A DNA stretch of 64,000 nucleotides, taken from positions 118,980,001-119,044,000 of the forward strand of contig NC_058368.1 of NCBI RefSeq assembly GCF_018350175.1, read 5' to 3'. The stretch is from Felis catus. Taxonomy: Eukaryota. How positions within the stretch are numbered: position 1 is the stretch's first letter; each line of letters opens with the position of its first letter. A program made the translations under genes and the position numbers. This document shows, piece after piece, positions 1-9,948 of this stretch. The notes under the pieces were generated by a model. That model saw only the letters and a program-made list of their open reading frames with translations. It ran no database searches and had not been told where the DNA came from.

Positions 1-136
1 TCAAAGGACCACTTAAAATTTAGTCACACGAAAAAAGCACAGGAGTCGCTGGAAGACAAACACAAACTGTTAAACCCTGAAGTCTATCCATCCATCTTAC
101 GTCCATTCCGAAGAGACAGAAAACCATCTGGCTTAC

Positions 137-1332
137 CTTGAATAGCCATTAGAAAACACCGATCGGCCAGGGAAGTTCAAAGTCCCCAAGGAAGCCAAGT
201 TGTCATCTCCAGATGCTTGACACCTATTCCAATTTTCTGAACCAACAGGAATTGGTGGAATGACATTGAAAATAGGCTTCTGATCCTGTTGTTGCGAAAG
301 GGATGCGGTATTCATGTCATAGTGGTACATCTGGCCCCCAGAGGTACTCACGCCATGAACAGAAATGGCAGACATTTTATTACCAATTATATTTGCCCCA
401 GAAAAGCTTGCCTGACAATAAACTGGGCCCAGTTTCTCCTGCTTAATTACCCCAGGGGTGCAGAGTTCAATGAAATCTTCTTTTTCTGTTTTCACTTGGG
501 GCAGGGACACACTGTTGGGGCTTGATAAGATCAGATCTCCATTATCCTTAATTTTAGGTTTAGTGTCCGGTAAAACGAGAGGCTTACAGTCCTCGTTCGA
601 GTTCCCTTCCAAAAGGAATGGATCATCCTCTCCTGCCAAAGGAGAAAGCAAACAGTTTTCATCTATCAAGAGGTCTGATCTCCAAGGACTCTCACTTGTC
701 TCTTTATCTGGGGACCCAGAAGAAAATTCCAAATCCTGGAGTTTTTTCCTCCAAATGTCAAAGGTGCTTTGGTCTGTGGTATACAACTTCACATTGCCCC
801 CGTTGGTGCCAGTCTGGCCCTTCAAATTTTGCTGTTCTGAAGAGACATCAGAGAGTGTTTTTGGAAACTCCTCTGTGGGGGCAGCAGCAACAGCAACGGT
901 CACTGAGCTCTTGGGGTTCTCGGGAACACTGGTCGACCTATTGAGGTTTGCGATGCTTTCTTCCAGAAGCTGAAAGTCTGTTTCCCCAGAGGAAAGGCTG
1001 ATTTGGCCCTGCTGTGGGAATCCCAGCTCATTTCCCATTACTTTTGTTTCTGTCTCTCCCATATACAGTCCCATTGACAGCGAAACTGCCTTGGACAGAT
1101 CTGGCTGCTGTGCATTGCTTCCTGAGCCTTTTGGAAAATCCACCAAAAGTCTTTGCTGCTTGGAGTCTGACTGAGAAACAGCAGCCAGTGATGGTGAAGA
1201 TGCAGAAACCTTCACAGAGGCTCCTCCCCTTAGGGTTTTATAGAAGTCCATCACATTTCCCCTCTCCCGACCAAGCACGCTGCTAGAGATTTCTTCTTTA
1301 CTGGAGGGGCTTAATGATTCCTTGGAGTCCAT
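137..1332 (-). CDS. NR3C1: Glucocorticoid receptor, coding part of exon 2 (N-terminal AF-1/tau1 domain); the gene continues beyond the window start
   Basis: Translation MDSKESL...DFYKTLRGG...[11 protein letters not shown]...[21 protein letters not shown]...FSNGYS is the GR N-terminus. The exon ends at CAAG|GTAAGC (GT at 136-135), phase 2, 1196 nt. The terminal R* in the ORF track is intronic read-through. Confidence 0.99.
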
Positions 1333-1385
1333 CAGAGAATATCATCAGCTACCAGGGGGAAAAAAGAAAAAAAAAAAAAAGAAAG
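1333..1385 (-). other. NR3C1: Exon 2 5' UTR (1348-1333) and the common splice acceptor with polypyrimidine tract
   Basis: Minus strand reads T-rich tract-CCCCCTGGTAG|CTGATGATATTCTCTG-ATG, with AG at 1350-1349. Two in-frame TGA stops lie at -15 and -12. Confidence 0.9.
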
Positions 1386-3108
1386 GTGGGGGAGACATAA
1401 TAAGCTATAAAGTCACATTATCTCAGTGATCTGATTAGTAAGAGCCAGTTAAATGAACCTTTTAGTTAACTCCGACTCTTAACTCCTTGTTTAAAGTAGC
1501 TTCTGTCTTCCAGAATAAAAAATCCACATCCCCTGCCCCCATTCAGTGTGGCACATTTAAAAGCACAATGCAATTCAATTGCACAGCGGAGGGCAAAATT
1601 GTATCAAACTAAGCTTGGCTATTCATCCTGCCACTCACAGAACTGTAACTTTGTTAATCACAGACATTATAACTCATTACATCTGATTATCCTAAAGGTT
1701 CAAACTGATGTCAAAGTATTTAATTTAAAAAGAGTATGATCATTAAAATTCCTACTTCCTTTCAATCAGTCAAGGCTGTTTGCTTTTCTGAGAACCCATA
1801 CACATAAAATTTGGTAATTACTATGTTAGAATTCTCTCTCAAATCGCTCCCCAACTGGCCTCCTACCTGCTAGTCACACATCCAAACCTTTCAGTACAAT
1901 CTAGGATGAACCACGCACATTTAAAAAAAAAAACAAAAAACAAAAAACAAACAAAAAAAACAATGATGATCTGCTCATCTTCCAATACCATAAAAAGGAC
2001 ACGTATATTTAACCCATATTTCTTACTAAATGTGTCTGTTTCAAAGTGCCTGCCTTCTTCAAATTTTGGACACAGGAAATGAAATATGTTCTATACAGGC
2101 CAACTAAAATTTGGATTTTAAAAAGCAAAAGAAAGTGCAGCAGCTTCTCGCTACAAGTTTAGCTTACCTAAAAACAAATATAACTCTCTCAACCCTTACA
2201 AAACAATAGACTCCTAATGAAGCTTTTTTTCAAAATTGCTTAAGACCTTCAGTAGGAAACACTATTTTATCCCTAAATTAAGTTTTTCCCTTTCCATATA
2301 AAGAGGTACTGAAACAGAAAAAGCAACTGTGAAATCACGTTCATATAAACGCAAATAAAATAATACCCAATGAAATGCTCAGAATAATTTTCTCGTGTTC
2401 TAAACCTTCACCAATCCCAATTCGGAAGCTGTTCTCGAGAGTCTTGGGTTGCTAGTATATTGTTTCTCATCACGATGTTATTAACAGGCAGCCCAAGACT
2501 TTGATAAGTAGATCTGGGACATTACAGTCAGATCCTATGCAATGGAAGGAAACTTCTGCTGTGCGGAGAGACCTTAAGCATAAACTTCAATGGCCCTCAC
2601 GGGAAGTGCAGTGTGATGAAGGTGGAGACGGGGCTGGGGACCTGCCCCTACACATCTTGAGGGTAAACTGCTCATCTCCCCGCCCCTCCGCCGTGTTTCT
2701 CGGATAAGGATCTGTAAACACAAGGTATCAAATGGAGCCTAATGAATTTCCACGCGGCTTTGACAGCTGCCTTCCAACTCGAAACCAAAACAATACTTCA
2801 AAAAAACCCGAAACAATCCCTCAAACCACTTTATCCCCCAGTTTAAATTGCAAGTAACTGTCACATTCACCGGCCTTAATGAACCGTGGCAAGGGGTCTT
2901 AAGTGGTATTACAAGGAGGCAGTTACCAAGCCTGCAGCCCCAAACGTCAAACTTAGCGCTTGACCACGGAAGGATTCCGGCTAGGGAAGGTCTTTTTCTA
3001 AAAGGGGCCACTTAGAAGCGTCAGGCGCGCAATGATGCCAAGCACTGAAGAACAAACCCTCTCCTGGGGGAGAAAAAAAGTGCAAGGGTAAAAGAAATGT
3101 GTCCAGAC

Positions 3109-3190
3109 CTGTTGAGTTCTTTCTCCGACACGCCCACTTCTACCAGATAACGCCAGCCCTGGCCGAAGTCTCCAAGTTGCAGGCTGTCAG
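3109..3190 (-). other. NR3C1: Alternative non-coding first exon, 1H-like (5' end approximate)
   Basis: CTGACAGCCTGCAACTTGGAG...GGCGTTATCTGGTAGAAGTG...CTCAACAG|GTCTGG resembles recalled human exon 1H. Donor GT at 3108-3107. Confidence 0.6.
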
Positions 3191-3199
3191 CCCCCTGCG

Positions 3200-3258
3200 T
3201 GTGTACACTCACACACACACACGCTCTCTCTCTCTCTGCGCGCGCGCGCACACGCGCG

Positions 3259-3295
<37 letters not shown>
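3200..3295. repeat. Compound microsatellite (CA)n(CT)n(CG)n(CA)n
   Basis: Read directly. 3237-3295 is an uninterrupted pyrimidine-purine alternation. Confidence 0.95.
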
Positions 3296-3297
<2 letters not shown>

Positions 3298-3844
3298 ATC
3301 CCTGCGCGCCCTCCAGAAAGGAGACGCACTGGAGCCTCGACAGAAACCCTGATCGCGCTCGGGCGCACTAGGGTGGAGTGGAAGTATTTGGTCGAGGAGC
3401 ATTCAGACCCGGCTCGGTGTTCACCGTAAAAAAAGAAAAAAGAAGAAGAAAAGAAAAAAAAAGGGAAAATTACGGGTGTTTGGGCGGCCCCCTGGGAGGG
3501 CACGGAGGGGGGACTTGGGGCGCCGGGAGTGGAGAAGCCAGAATTCCGCGCCCGGAAAGCGGATCACTGCAAGCCGGGGCAGCTCGGAGAGGCTCCGTTC
3601 GGACCGAGCTCAGGTTCCTCCCCCTTCAGCCCGACCCGGGCACCGCGGCCGAGGGAGAGGAAGAGGCCAGCGCTGTCACCCGCGCGCTGCCCTTTCGTCA
3701 CCGTCACCCGGCCCTCGCCAGCCCCCACCCCCACTCCCCGAGGCTAATAAAAGTTTGCAGGCTCCCGCCGCGGCCCCCGAGCCGGCCTCGCTTCCCCGGC
3801 CAGCACCTCGGGGGAGCGAGCCCCGGCTCTTCCCCACCTCTTAC

Positions 3845-4330
3845 CTCTGGAAGAGGCGCTGCTCACCCGCCACCGTCCGCAGCTCCCACCGCAGCCGAGA
3901 TAAACAACTTAGCGTGTGAAAGCAGGAGGAGCAGGAGGGAGAGATTTTTTTTTTTCTAAAAAAAGGAAGTAAACAGCCGCCCCCTTCTCCATGGGGGGGG
4001 AGGGGAGAGCCCCTATTTGAGAAAGTCTCCCATTTCCCGGCTGACAAGCCAGCCCCCCGCCCCGTGCCAGTCCCCGCGAGCCGGGCTCCCAGGCGCGCGT
4101 CCTCAGTCCCGGCGCCCCGCCGCTTCGGTCGCTCCGGCTGTGGCGTCTCCTTCCACCCACTAGAATCCGTCCCCGACGGGCGGGCAGTGACTCGGGCTCC
4201 AGTCACAGACTCGAGCTCGCAAAATGGAGGAGGAGGCGGAGGAGGAGGGGAGGGAGCGCGGACACGCGAAAGGGCCGCCCGGCCGCGGCGAGCGAGCGGG
4301 ACCGATCGGGGGGCGGGCGGAGGCGGCGCC
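3845..4330 (-). other. NR3C1: Alternative non-coding first exon 1C (major GR leader)
   Basis: Starts GGCGCCGCCTCC..., contains CCTCCATTTTGCGAGCTCG and GCTAAGTTGTTTATCTCGGCTGCGG, ends CCAGAG|GTAAGA (GT at 3844-3843). Matches the recalled human GR mRNA leader. Confidence 0.85.
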
Positions 4331-4645
4331 ACGGCGCGCACACACCCCCACACACACGCGCTCCCACTCCACCCCCGGCCGCTCCCCGCTCGAGGGGCCG
4401 CGCGGCGGCGGGGAACGGTGCAACCTGTTGGCGAAGCTCGGCAACTGCAGGGGCGGCCGCAGCCCCCGCCCCCACGCCCTCCGCGCTGGCCCCCGCCACC
4501 CCGGCCCCGACGGCGCCTGAACGCCCCCGACCCCCGGCATTGCCCCGACCCTAGCGGCCGGCCGCCGCCCCCCCCTCCCCGAGCGTGCGGGACTTCTCGC
4601 GCCCCCACCCCCCGAGAAAAGGGAGAGGCGGCGGCAGCGGCCAAC

Positions 4646-4710
4646 CTGGTCTCTCTGGGGCGCGCTTGGGAGGGAAGCCGAGTTTCTCTAGTTTCTCTTC
4701 TCGCTGCCTC
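4646..4710 (-). other. NR3C1: Alternative non-coding first exon 1F (rat 1-7 orthologue); 5' end approximate
   Basis: GCGAGAAGAGAAACTAGAGAAACTCGG...CCCCAGAGAGACCAG|GTTGGC, directly downstream of the NGFI-A site. Confidence 0.8.
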
Positions 4711-4715
4711 CTTCC

Positions 4716-4724
4716 CGCCCCCGC
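4716..4724 (-). promoter_or_regulatory. NGFI-A/EGR1 site of promoter 1F
   Basis: Perfect GCGGGGGCG on the minus strand, in the context GAGCTGGGCGGGGGCGGGAAGG. Confidence 0.9.
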
Positions 4725-5042
4725 CCAGCTCCGCGACTCCCGACCCACTCCGGAGCTGGCCCAGTCCCTCGGCGGCAAGCGCCGTCAGCGCCCCTGCGGG
4801 TGACAGCGGGCTGTCTGGGGCGGGGGGGCCGGGGCGCGGCCCGCAGCAGGGCCGCGGGAGTGGTCCGCGCCGCCGCCTCGGAGCCGAGTTGCGCGAAGTG
4901 TGTCACTTAGCACGGGGCTTACGAGGGTTGCAAGGAAACGGTGCCGCAGCGTCTCGGCCGCGCTCGGGGCCGGACAGCCAGACACGCCCTCTGGGGAGGC
5001 TTAAGGAAGGGAGGGCAGAAGAGGGGGTCGGTGCGTACATAC

Positions 5043-5152
5043 TCTCGACTCGGAGGTAGTCGCGTGCCGGCAGGTCCCCCACCGCTGCATCGTCTGGGCG
5101 GCCCCGTCTGCAGCCGCCGCCGCCGTCGCGCTCTCCCACCGGGAGAGAAGTT
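5043..5152 (-). other. NR3C1: Alternative non-coding first exon 1B
   Basis: AACTTCTCTCCCGGTGGGAGAGCGCG...GGGGACCTGCCGGCACGCGACT...GAGA|GTATGT (GT at 5042-5041). Resembles recalled human exon 1B. Confidence 0.78.
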
Positions 5153-5295
5153 GCAAAGCAGAACCCACCCTCCCCCGCGCTCCGACCGGCCCCCACCCTC
5201 TTCCCCGAGTCTGCGAGGCGGCGGCGGCGGCGGCAAAAGGAGGCGCCGCCTGCCAAGTTCAACCCCCACCCCTCCCTCCCTGCTAGCGCGCTCAC

Positions 5296-5345
5296 ACTTG
5301 AAGGAAGTTGCACGCCAAATGCAAAACCTCCGGCGTGCTGAATTT
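5296..5345 (-). other. NR3C1: Alternative first exon, 1E-like (5' end approximate)
   Basis: GGCGTGCAACTTCCTTCAAGT|GTGAGC; position upstream of 1B fits 1E. Confidence 0.5.
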
Positions 5346-5465
5346 CTTTGCACTTTTTATTATTATTTTTAAGGAAAGCAGGGGGTGGCAGGCCTAAAAG
5401 CAAGTTGCAAGCGAAACAGTAAGTTGCTTGCAAAGTACGCCCTCCCTCCCCCGCAAACTCCTGAC

Positions 5466-5560
5466 CTCTCCTTCTACCCCCTCCAGGACCAGTGTCCAAG
5501 TTTCCCGTGAAGGCCCCTCACCCCAATATTGACATTTGCTGCACTCCACTCAGTGCGTCG
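5466..5560 (-). other. NR3C1: Candidate first exon, 1J-like (5' end approximate)
   Basis: GGGGGTAGAAGGAGAG|GTCAGG donor located between the 1D- and 1E-like exons. Confidence 0.4.
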
Positions 5561-5817
5561 CCCACCCTTTCGTGTGCACGGGACCCCTACCCCTCCAAAC
5601 AAAACAAAACACACGCAGCTTTAAAATGTCAGCATTTAACTCCCTCCAGCTGTTCCCGTTACGCGCCTCCCCCTCAGTCCGAGGGAAACACGTGGCCTGT
5701 CCCCAAGGAGAGGGGCGTGGGGCTAGGGGAGTCCGCGCGGGAGACGCCCGCCCCAGCCCCCTGCCCCAGCTCGCCGCGTCCGAAGGGCTTGGGCTTTGCC
5801 CGGACCGAACTTCCTAC

Positions 5818-5990
5818 CTTGTGCGACACATATTATGATTTTTGTGACTCGGGGAAAGGTTGTGCTGTGTTGCTTTAGGGTTTGGGGCGGTAACTTTTGC
5901 GCCCCCACAGGTGACAGCGCTTGCCAGCTCCTGACGGGGGCGGAGGCTGCCGCAGCTCCACCTAATCCCTGCCCCGGCGCTCGGCAGCAG
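5818..5990 (-). other. NR3C1: Alternative first exon, 1D-like (5' end approximate)
   Basis: ACAACCTTTCCCCGAGTCACAAAAATCATAAT...GCACAAG|GTAGGA (GT at 5817-5816). Confidence 0.65.
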
Positions 5991-6087
5991 CCGCTCACTC
6001 CTCAGGCAGCGCTCAGACGCTATCCGTGGCCACCTCTGCTCTGACTTCTTGAAGAGGATTGGGGAAACGCGGGCCGGAAGCCGCTCC

Positions 6088-6316
6088 CCGCCATCTTGGT
6101 AAAGGACGGTGACGCCTGCCCGGCCTCGCGTCCACCATCTTGGCAAAGGTTCTAGATCGCGGGCTCCGGAAGAAGCCCTTTCTGCGTTCCGAAGGGTAGA
6201 AACTGCCCCATGTGTTGTCCGTCGTGAAAGGAGAGAACTAAACATTTTAGTTACTCGCTTGTTCGGAGACGACCTACTCGGGCCGCCTCCAGACCATTCT
6301 CAGGCCGCCATCTTGG
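6088..6316 (-). promoter_or_regulatory. Three YY1 motifs (CCGCCATCTT / CCACCATCTT) with flanking ETS-type CCGGAA sites
   Basis: ccgccatcttgg at 6088, ccaccatcttgg at 6132 and gccgccatcttgg at 6304, all in the same orientation (AAGATGG on the gene strand). Confidence 0.75.
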
Positions 6317-7479
6317 AAAAGAAAGAGCTGCCCTCTGCCTCAGAAAAGGGGACCAAAACCTTTGCCAACACAGAGAGCCCTGAGCAACCCAGTTGTTAAC
6401 AGAACCCTCTTATGTATCTAGAAGAGATGACTCCTCTTTTCTTTTCCCTTGGCGCAAGTCAGCTGGAGGGAGGCCCTTGCCTTGGGTGCTCAAAGGGGAC
6501 ACAGAATTTACTTCAAGAACGCTACTTTGCCTACTTGGCGAGTTTTTCCACCTTAGAAGCCCCAGTTACTAAAATCAAGGTTCTTGCATGGATTGGGTCC
6601 CCAAATCAACAGTTTCATGGGGAAAAAAAAATCCAATACCCAAATTTAATATCGTATGCGTATTTTAAAAGTGGGTTCAACAACTCATACCAATATGATT
6701 ATCCTAATACATCTACTTAAAAGTTATGCTAGGAATTGTATATATGAATACCTTATAAAAATATAATAATTTGCATATATATGTAAAGAGACAGTAACAT
6801 ACCTAATAGAAAACTTCTCCCCACTGCATAAACCTATCTCAATTGAATCTCTGCTCTAAGATAACAATCCACTTCATCTCTTACCTCTTTAAATTCGGGT
6901 TAGGTATTATGTTTTTAAATAATACTTGACCGTACAGGAGTCCCCTTTAAGTTTCTCCCCACTCATTTTGTCTGCAGGTCCAGCAAATCATCTTGAAATG
7001 GAAAAGGACATTGTTTTAGGTTAAAAATTGTTACTGAAAACCCTTTCAATTGGGCAGAAGGGTGAAATTTTCAGTGGTTTAAATATGTCTGTTAATTTTG
7101 TAATTTCATGGAAAAAATTCCACATCCTTTAGCCTTTCACATTCATCTGAAAGCATGCATAAACTGTAGATTAACCTAGTGTCTGTCATGGTTAGAATTG
7201 TTAAGCTTTGTGGCTAATGTTTATTGACCATTCTGTGCATCTTTTTTTTTTTTTTAATCATTCCCATTGAAATAATCCAAACCTGACTTCCAGATTACTC
7301 TTCCAGAGCATAATTACATCATGCCATGTTCCTGCTCAAGTATCTACAATAATTCCCTTCCGTTGTATAGAGATCCCAACTCCCATTTTGAAATTTAAGA
7401 CCATTAGCTTTCACCTGCCCATTTCTTGAAGGCAAAGCCTTGTGTCTTCGTTTGTGTATAAAATGTTCCCACATTGCAT

Positions 7480-7695
7480 CAGTACAGCGCAGCAGTTACA
7501 AGCAGACTGGCTGGCTGACCTCCACCACTATGAGGAATATAACCTTAGGCAAGCTAATTCTTCGTGCCCCAGTTTCCATCATCGGTAAAATGGGGATGAT
7601 AATAATACTAACCCAAGTTACTAGAAAGATCAAATGAGTTTCAAGTATGTGAAGTGCTTAGACAAATTCCTGGGACATATTAAGTGTTTAATCAG
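7480..7695 (+). mobile_element. MIR SINE
   Basis: Core aaccttaggcaagctaattctt...cagtttccatcatcggtaaaatggggatgataata...gtgaagtgcttag. Confidence 0.75.
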
Positions 7696-7706
7696 CAGCA
7701 GTCATT

Positions 7707-7718
7707 AATATATATATA

Positions 7719-7762
<44 letters not shown>

Positions 7763-7772
7763 TATATATATA
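7707..7772. repeat. (TA)n/(CA)n microsatellite
   Basis: Read directly. Confidence 0.95.
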
Positions 7773-8407
7773 TTACTATTTTCTCCAGTTTCCAAATTGG
7801 AGCAAGAAATTAAAAGTACTTACAAATATATGTGAGTGTAGATTTCTAAATTTGTATGATTTAGCCCCCCTGACCTCACCCCAATCTGTTAAAATTGGCT
7901 TGCATACACCTGATTTGACAGTGATTGTTTATATAGCATCTTTCCATTTAGATTTTCTAGAACAACTACTTTTTTAATCCTAGTTCATCATTTAATGAAT
8001 TATTTAAATTAACTAATTATAATAACAAGCACAAATGGAATAAATATGTTTTGGGGGAAAAAAACAGAAGGAGCCGGTGTAAACGTATAGGTTAACTGGA
8101 GGGAGCAGAAGTGTGGGGAGTACAAGAAGTAACCTTGGCTCCAGTGTTCAGCATTCCCTAGGCATCAGTCAGTATGTTCTCCAGGGAGAATGGAGGACTT
8201 GAATTAGTTGAGATGAATGCATTGAGTAGTGTCAATTAAGAGGAATCCATCCTGTTGAAGAAAGGGCATGGCATATACAACATCCATTCCCACCTCTATC
8301 ATTGTTTATCACATATATTTCCTTTTACATAAGGATACCTCCTACAGCCCATGAGTCTTTGTCATGGCTCTATTTTCCACCTATTCTGTCTCTTCTCCCC
8401 CACCCAA

Positions 8408-8446
8408 CACACACACGCACACACACACACACACATACACACACAC
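8408..8446. repeat. (CA)n microsatellite
   Basis: Read directly. Confidence 0.9.
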
Positions 8447-9599
8447 TTTAACTCTATAATAGTAAATGTAAATTGGCATCAAATAAATACTTATCACATT
8501 TATGTGTATTAATAATTTTGAATATGATTATTGCATACGTTAATTTTATATTAAGGCAACACAAGCAACTTTTGTGGGTTGTCAGAACTTTAAAAAATTG
8601 TTTCGGCAGCTATCATAGCTATTAGATGCTTCTTTACAATAATATCTTGACTTTTTTTACAATAATAGTTCTATTCTTGTTTAACTTTGTGAGGTAAGAG
8701 GTACAAGAGAAAACTCAGCTAAGCTTTAAATGTCCCATCTCTTTCTGCCTCAGTATTTGCATTTTACACCAGACATGTCTGTTATAAACAATTCACACTT
8801 AGTACAGCAAGTTCTTAATCATAATGAATTCCACTTTGGTACTTCTCTTTGTAATTGGAATTAACATTCCCACATGAACTGGGAAATGCTAAATTGTTAC
8901 CAGCATCCCTGGTGTTTTGCTGCTTCTCATAATGCTTTCAATGATTTCATCATAAGCAACCTAAACTATCACAATTTGTGCTCATAGGCATGACATGCTC
9001 TGTGGATGTCCTGTTAAATCTATATTCTTTATGCTGACAGAACTTAGTTTGAGTAGTACCTGATTCAAGAATGAGGTAAATATTGGCAGATAAATGAGGG
9101 AGATGTTGAAATAAGCAAGAACCTCATGTTTTTCGAGTTTGGAGACATTAGATCAAGCACAGTGAATGATTGTAACAAATATTATGTACTTTGTTTTGCA
9201 TTTGTGGCATTTGTGGCTGGCCATTATGTCATTAGCTTTCTTCCTCTTCTGATTTAATCTCCTTTTCTGTCCCATGTTCCTTTGGTAGAGATTGTTTCAA
9301 TCTGCTCCATTTCTAGGCGGAATCCATCAGTGAATTTTTGAGAACCTACATTTCCATTTTGGTGCTTACACGTTATTTATTTATTAGGTCATGCTGGGTT
9401 ATGTTTTGTTTTTAAGCTAATTCAGAAATAGTGCAGTTTAAAAGATCAAAACACCCTTGGTATAAGAATCCCTTAACAAGATATGAATGTATTTGATATC
9501 AGACTCTGGAGTGTTACAAAAGACATTTATTACATTTTTAGAAAACTTTATCTTGGTATTATTCAATTAAATTTTCTCTAGCCCCCTGTTTAAGTTTCA

Positions 9600-9780
9600 A
9601 TATAAGACCTGGGTTTGAACTCCTGTTTTGCCACTTAACTGAATGAGCTGGGGCCAGTCATTTGCTCCTTTGTTTTTCTATCTGTACAGGAAGGATAATA
9701 ATATCTACCCTACCTATCATCTCACAGGAAATCTGTAAGGCTCAAATGGAATGATGCATGCAGAAAGGGGTTTTTAAACA
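9600..9780 (+). mobile_element. MIR SINE
   Basis: agacctgggtttgaactcctgttttgccacttaact...ataataatatctacc...aaggctcaaatg. Confidence 0.7.
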
Positions 9781-9948
9781 TCAAGTTTGGTTCAGAAAAC
9801 AGGCAGAGACTTGTAGAATTTTTGCATCATCAGTTCATCACAACGAAAATGATTACTAATTTTACTGAGAAATTGTCATTGCCTCTCACATTCCCCAGAC
9901 AATCTGTGCAATGGGCAGCTTAAAAGTTTAAGTAGAGGAGTGACAATT

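Larger units (their letters stand above)
3020..6320. promoter_or_regulatory. NR3C1 proximal promoter CpG island with multiple alternative first exons
   Basis: Very GC- and CpG-rich block 1.7-5 kb upstream of exon 2, with many GGGCGG boxes. Matches the known NR3C1 architecture. Confidence 0.97.

Noticed and set aside
133..136. Apparent stop codon making a complete 399-aa protein
   Set aside because: The TAA is inside the GTAAG splice donor; the gene is spliced onward.
289..1286. Plus-strand ORFs overlapping exon 2
   Set aside because: Antisense shadows of the GR coding sequence.
3958..3964. T TTT TTA slippery heptamer in frame in the exon 1C uORF
   Set aside because: No evident downstream stimulatory structure. 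The -1 frame would stop at the TGA codons before the GR ATG, so no extended GR could result.
3021..6399. Many long overlapping ORFs (up to 331 aa) on both strands
   Set aside because: They are Pro/Arg/Gly/Ala-rich products of a stop-poor CpG island, many start at GTG or TTG, and none has a recognisable domain.
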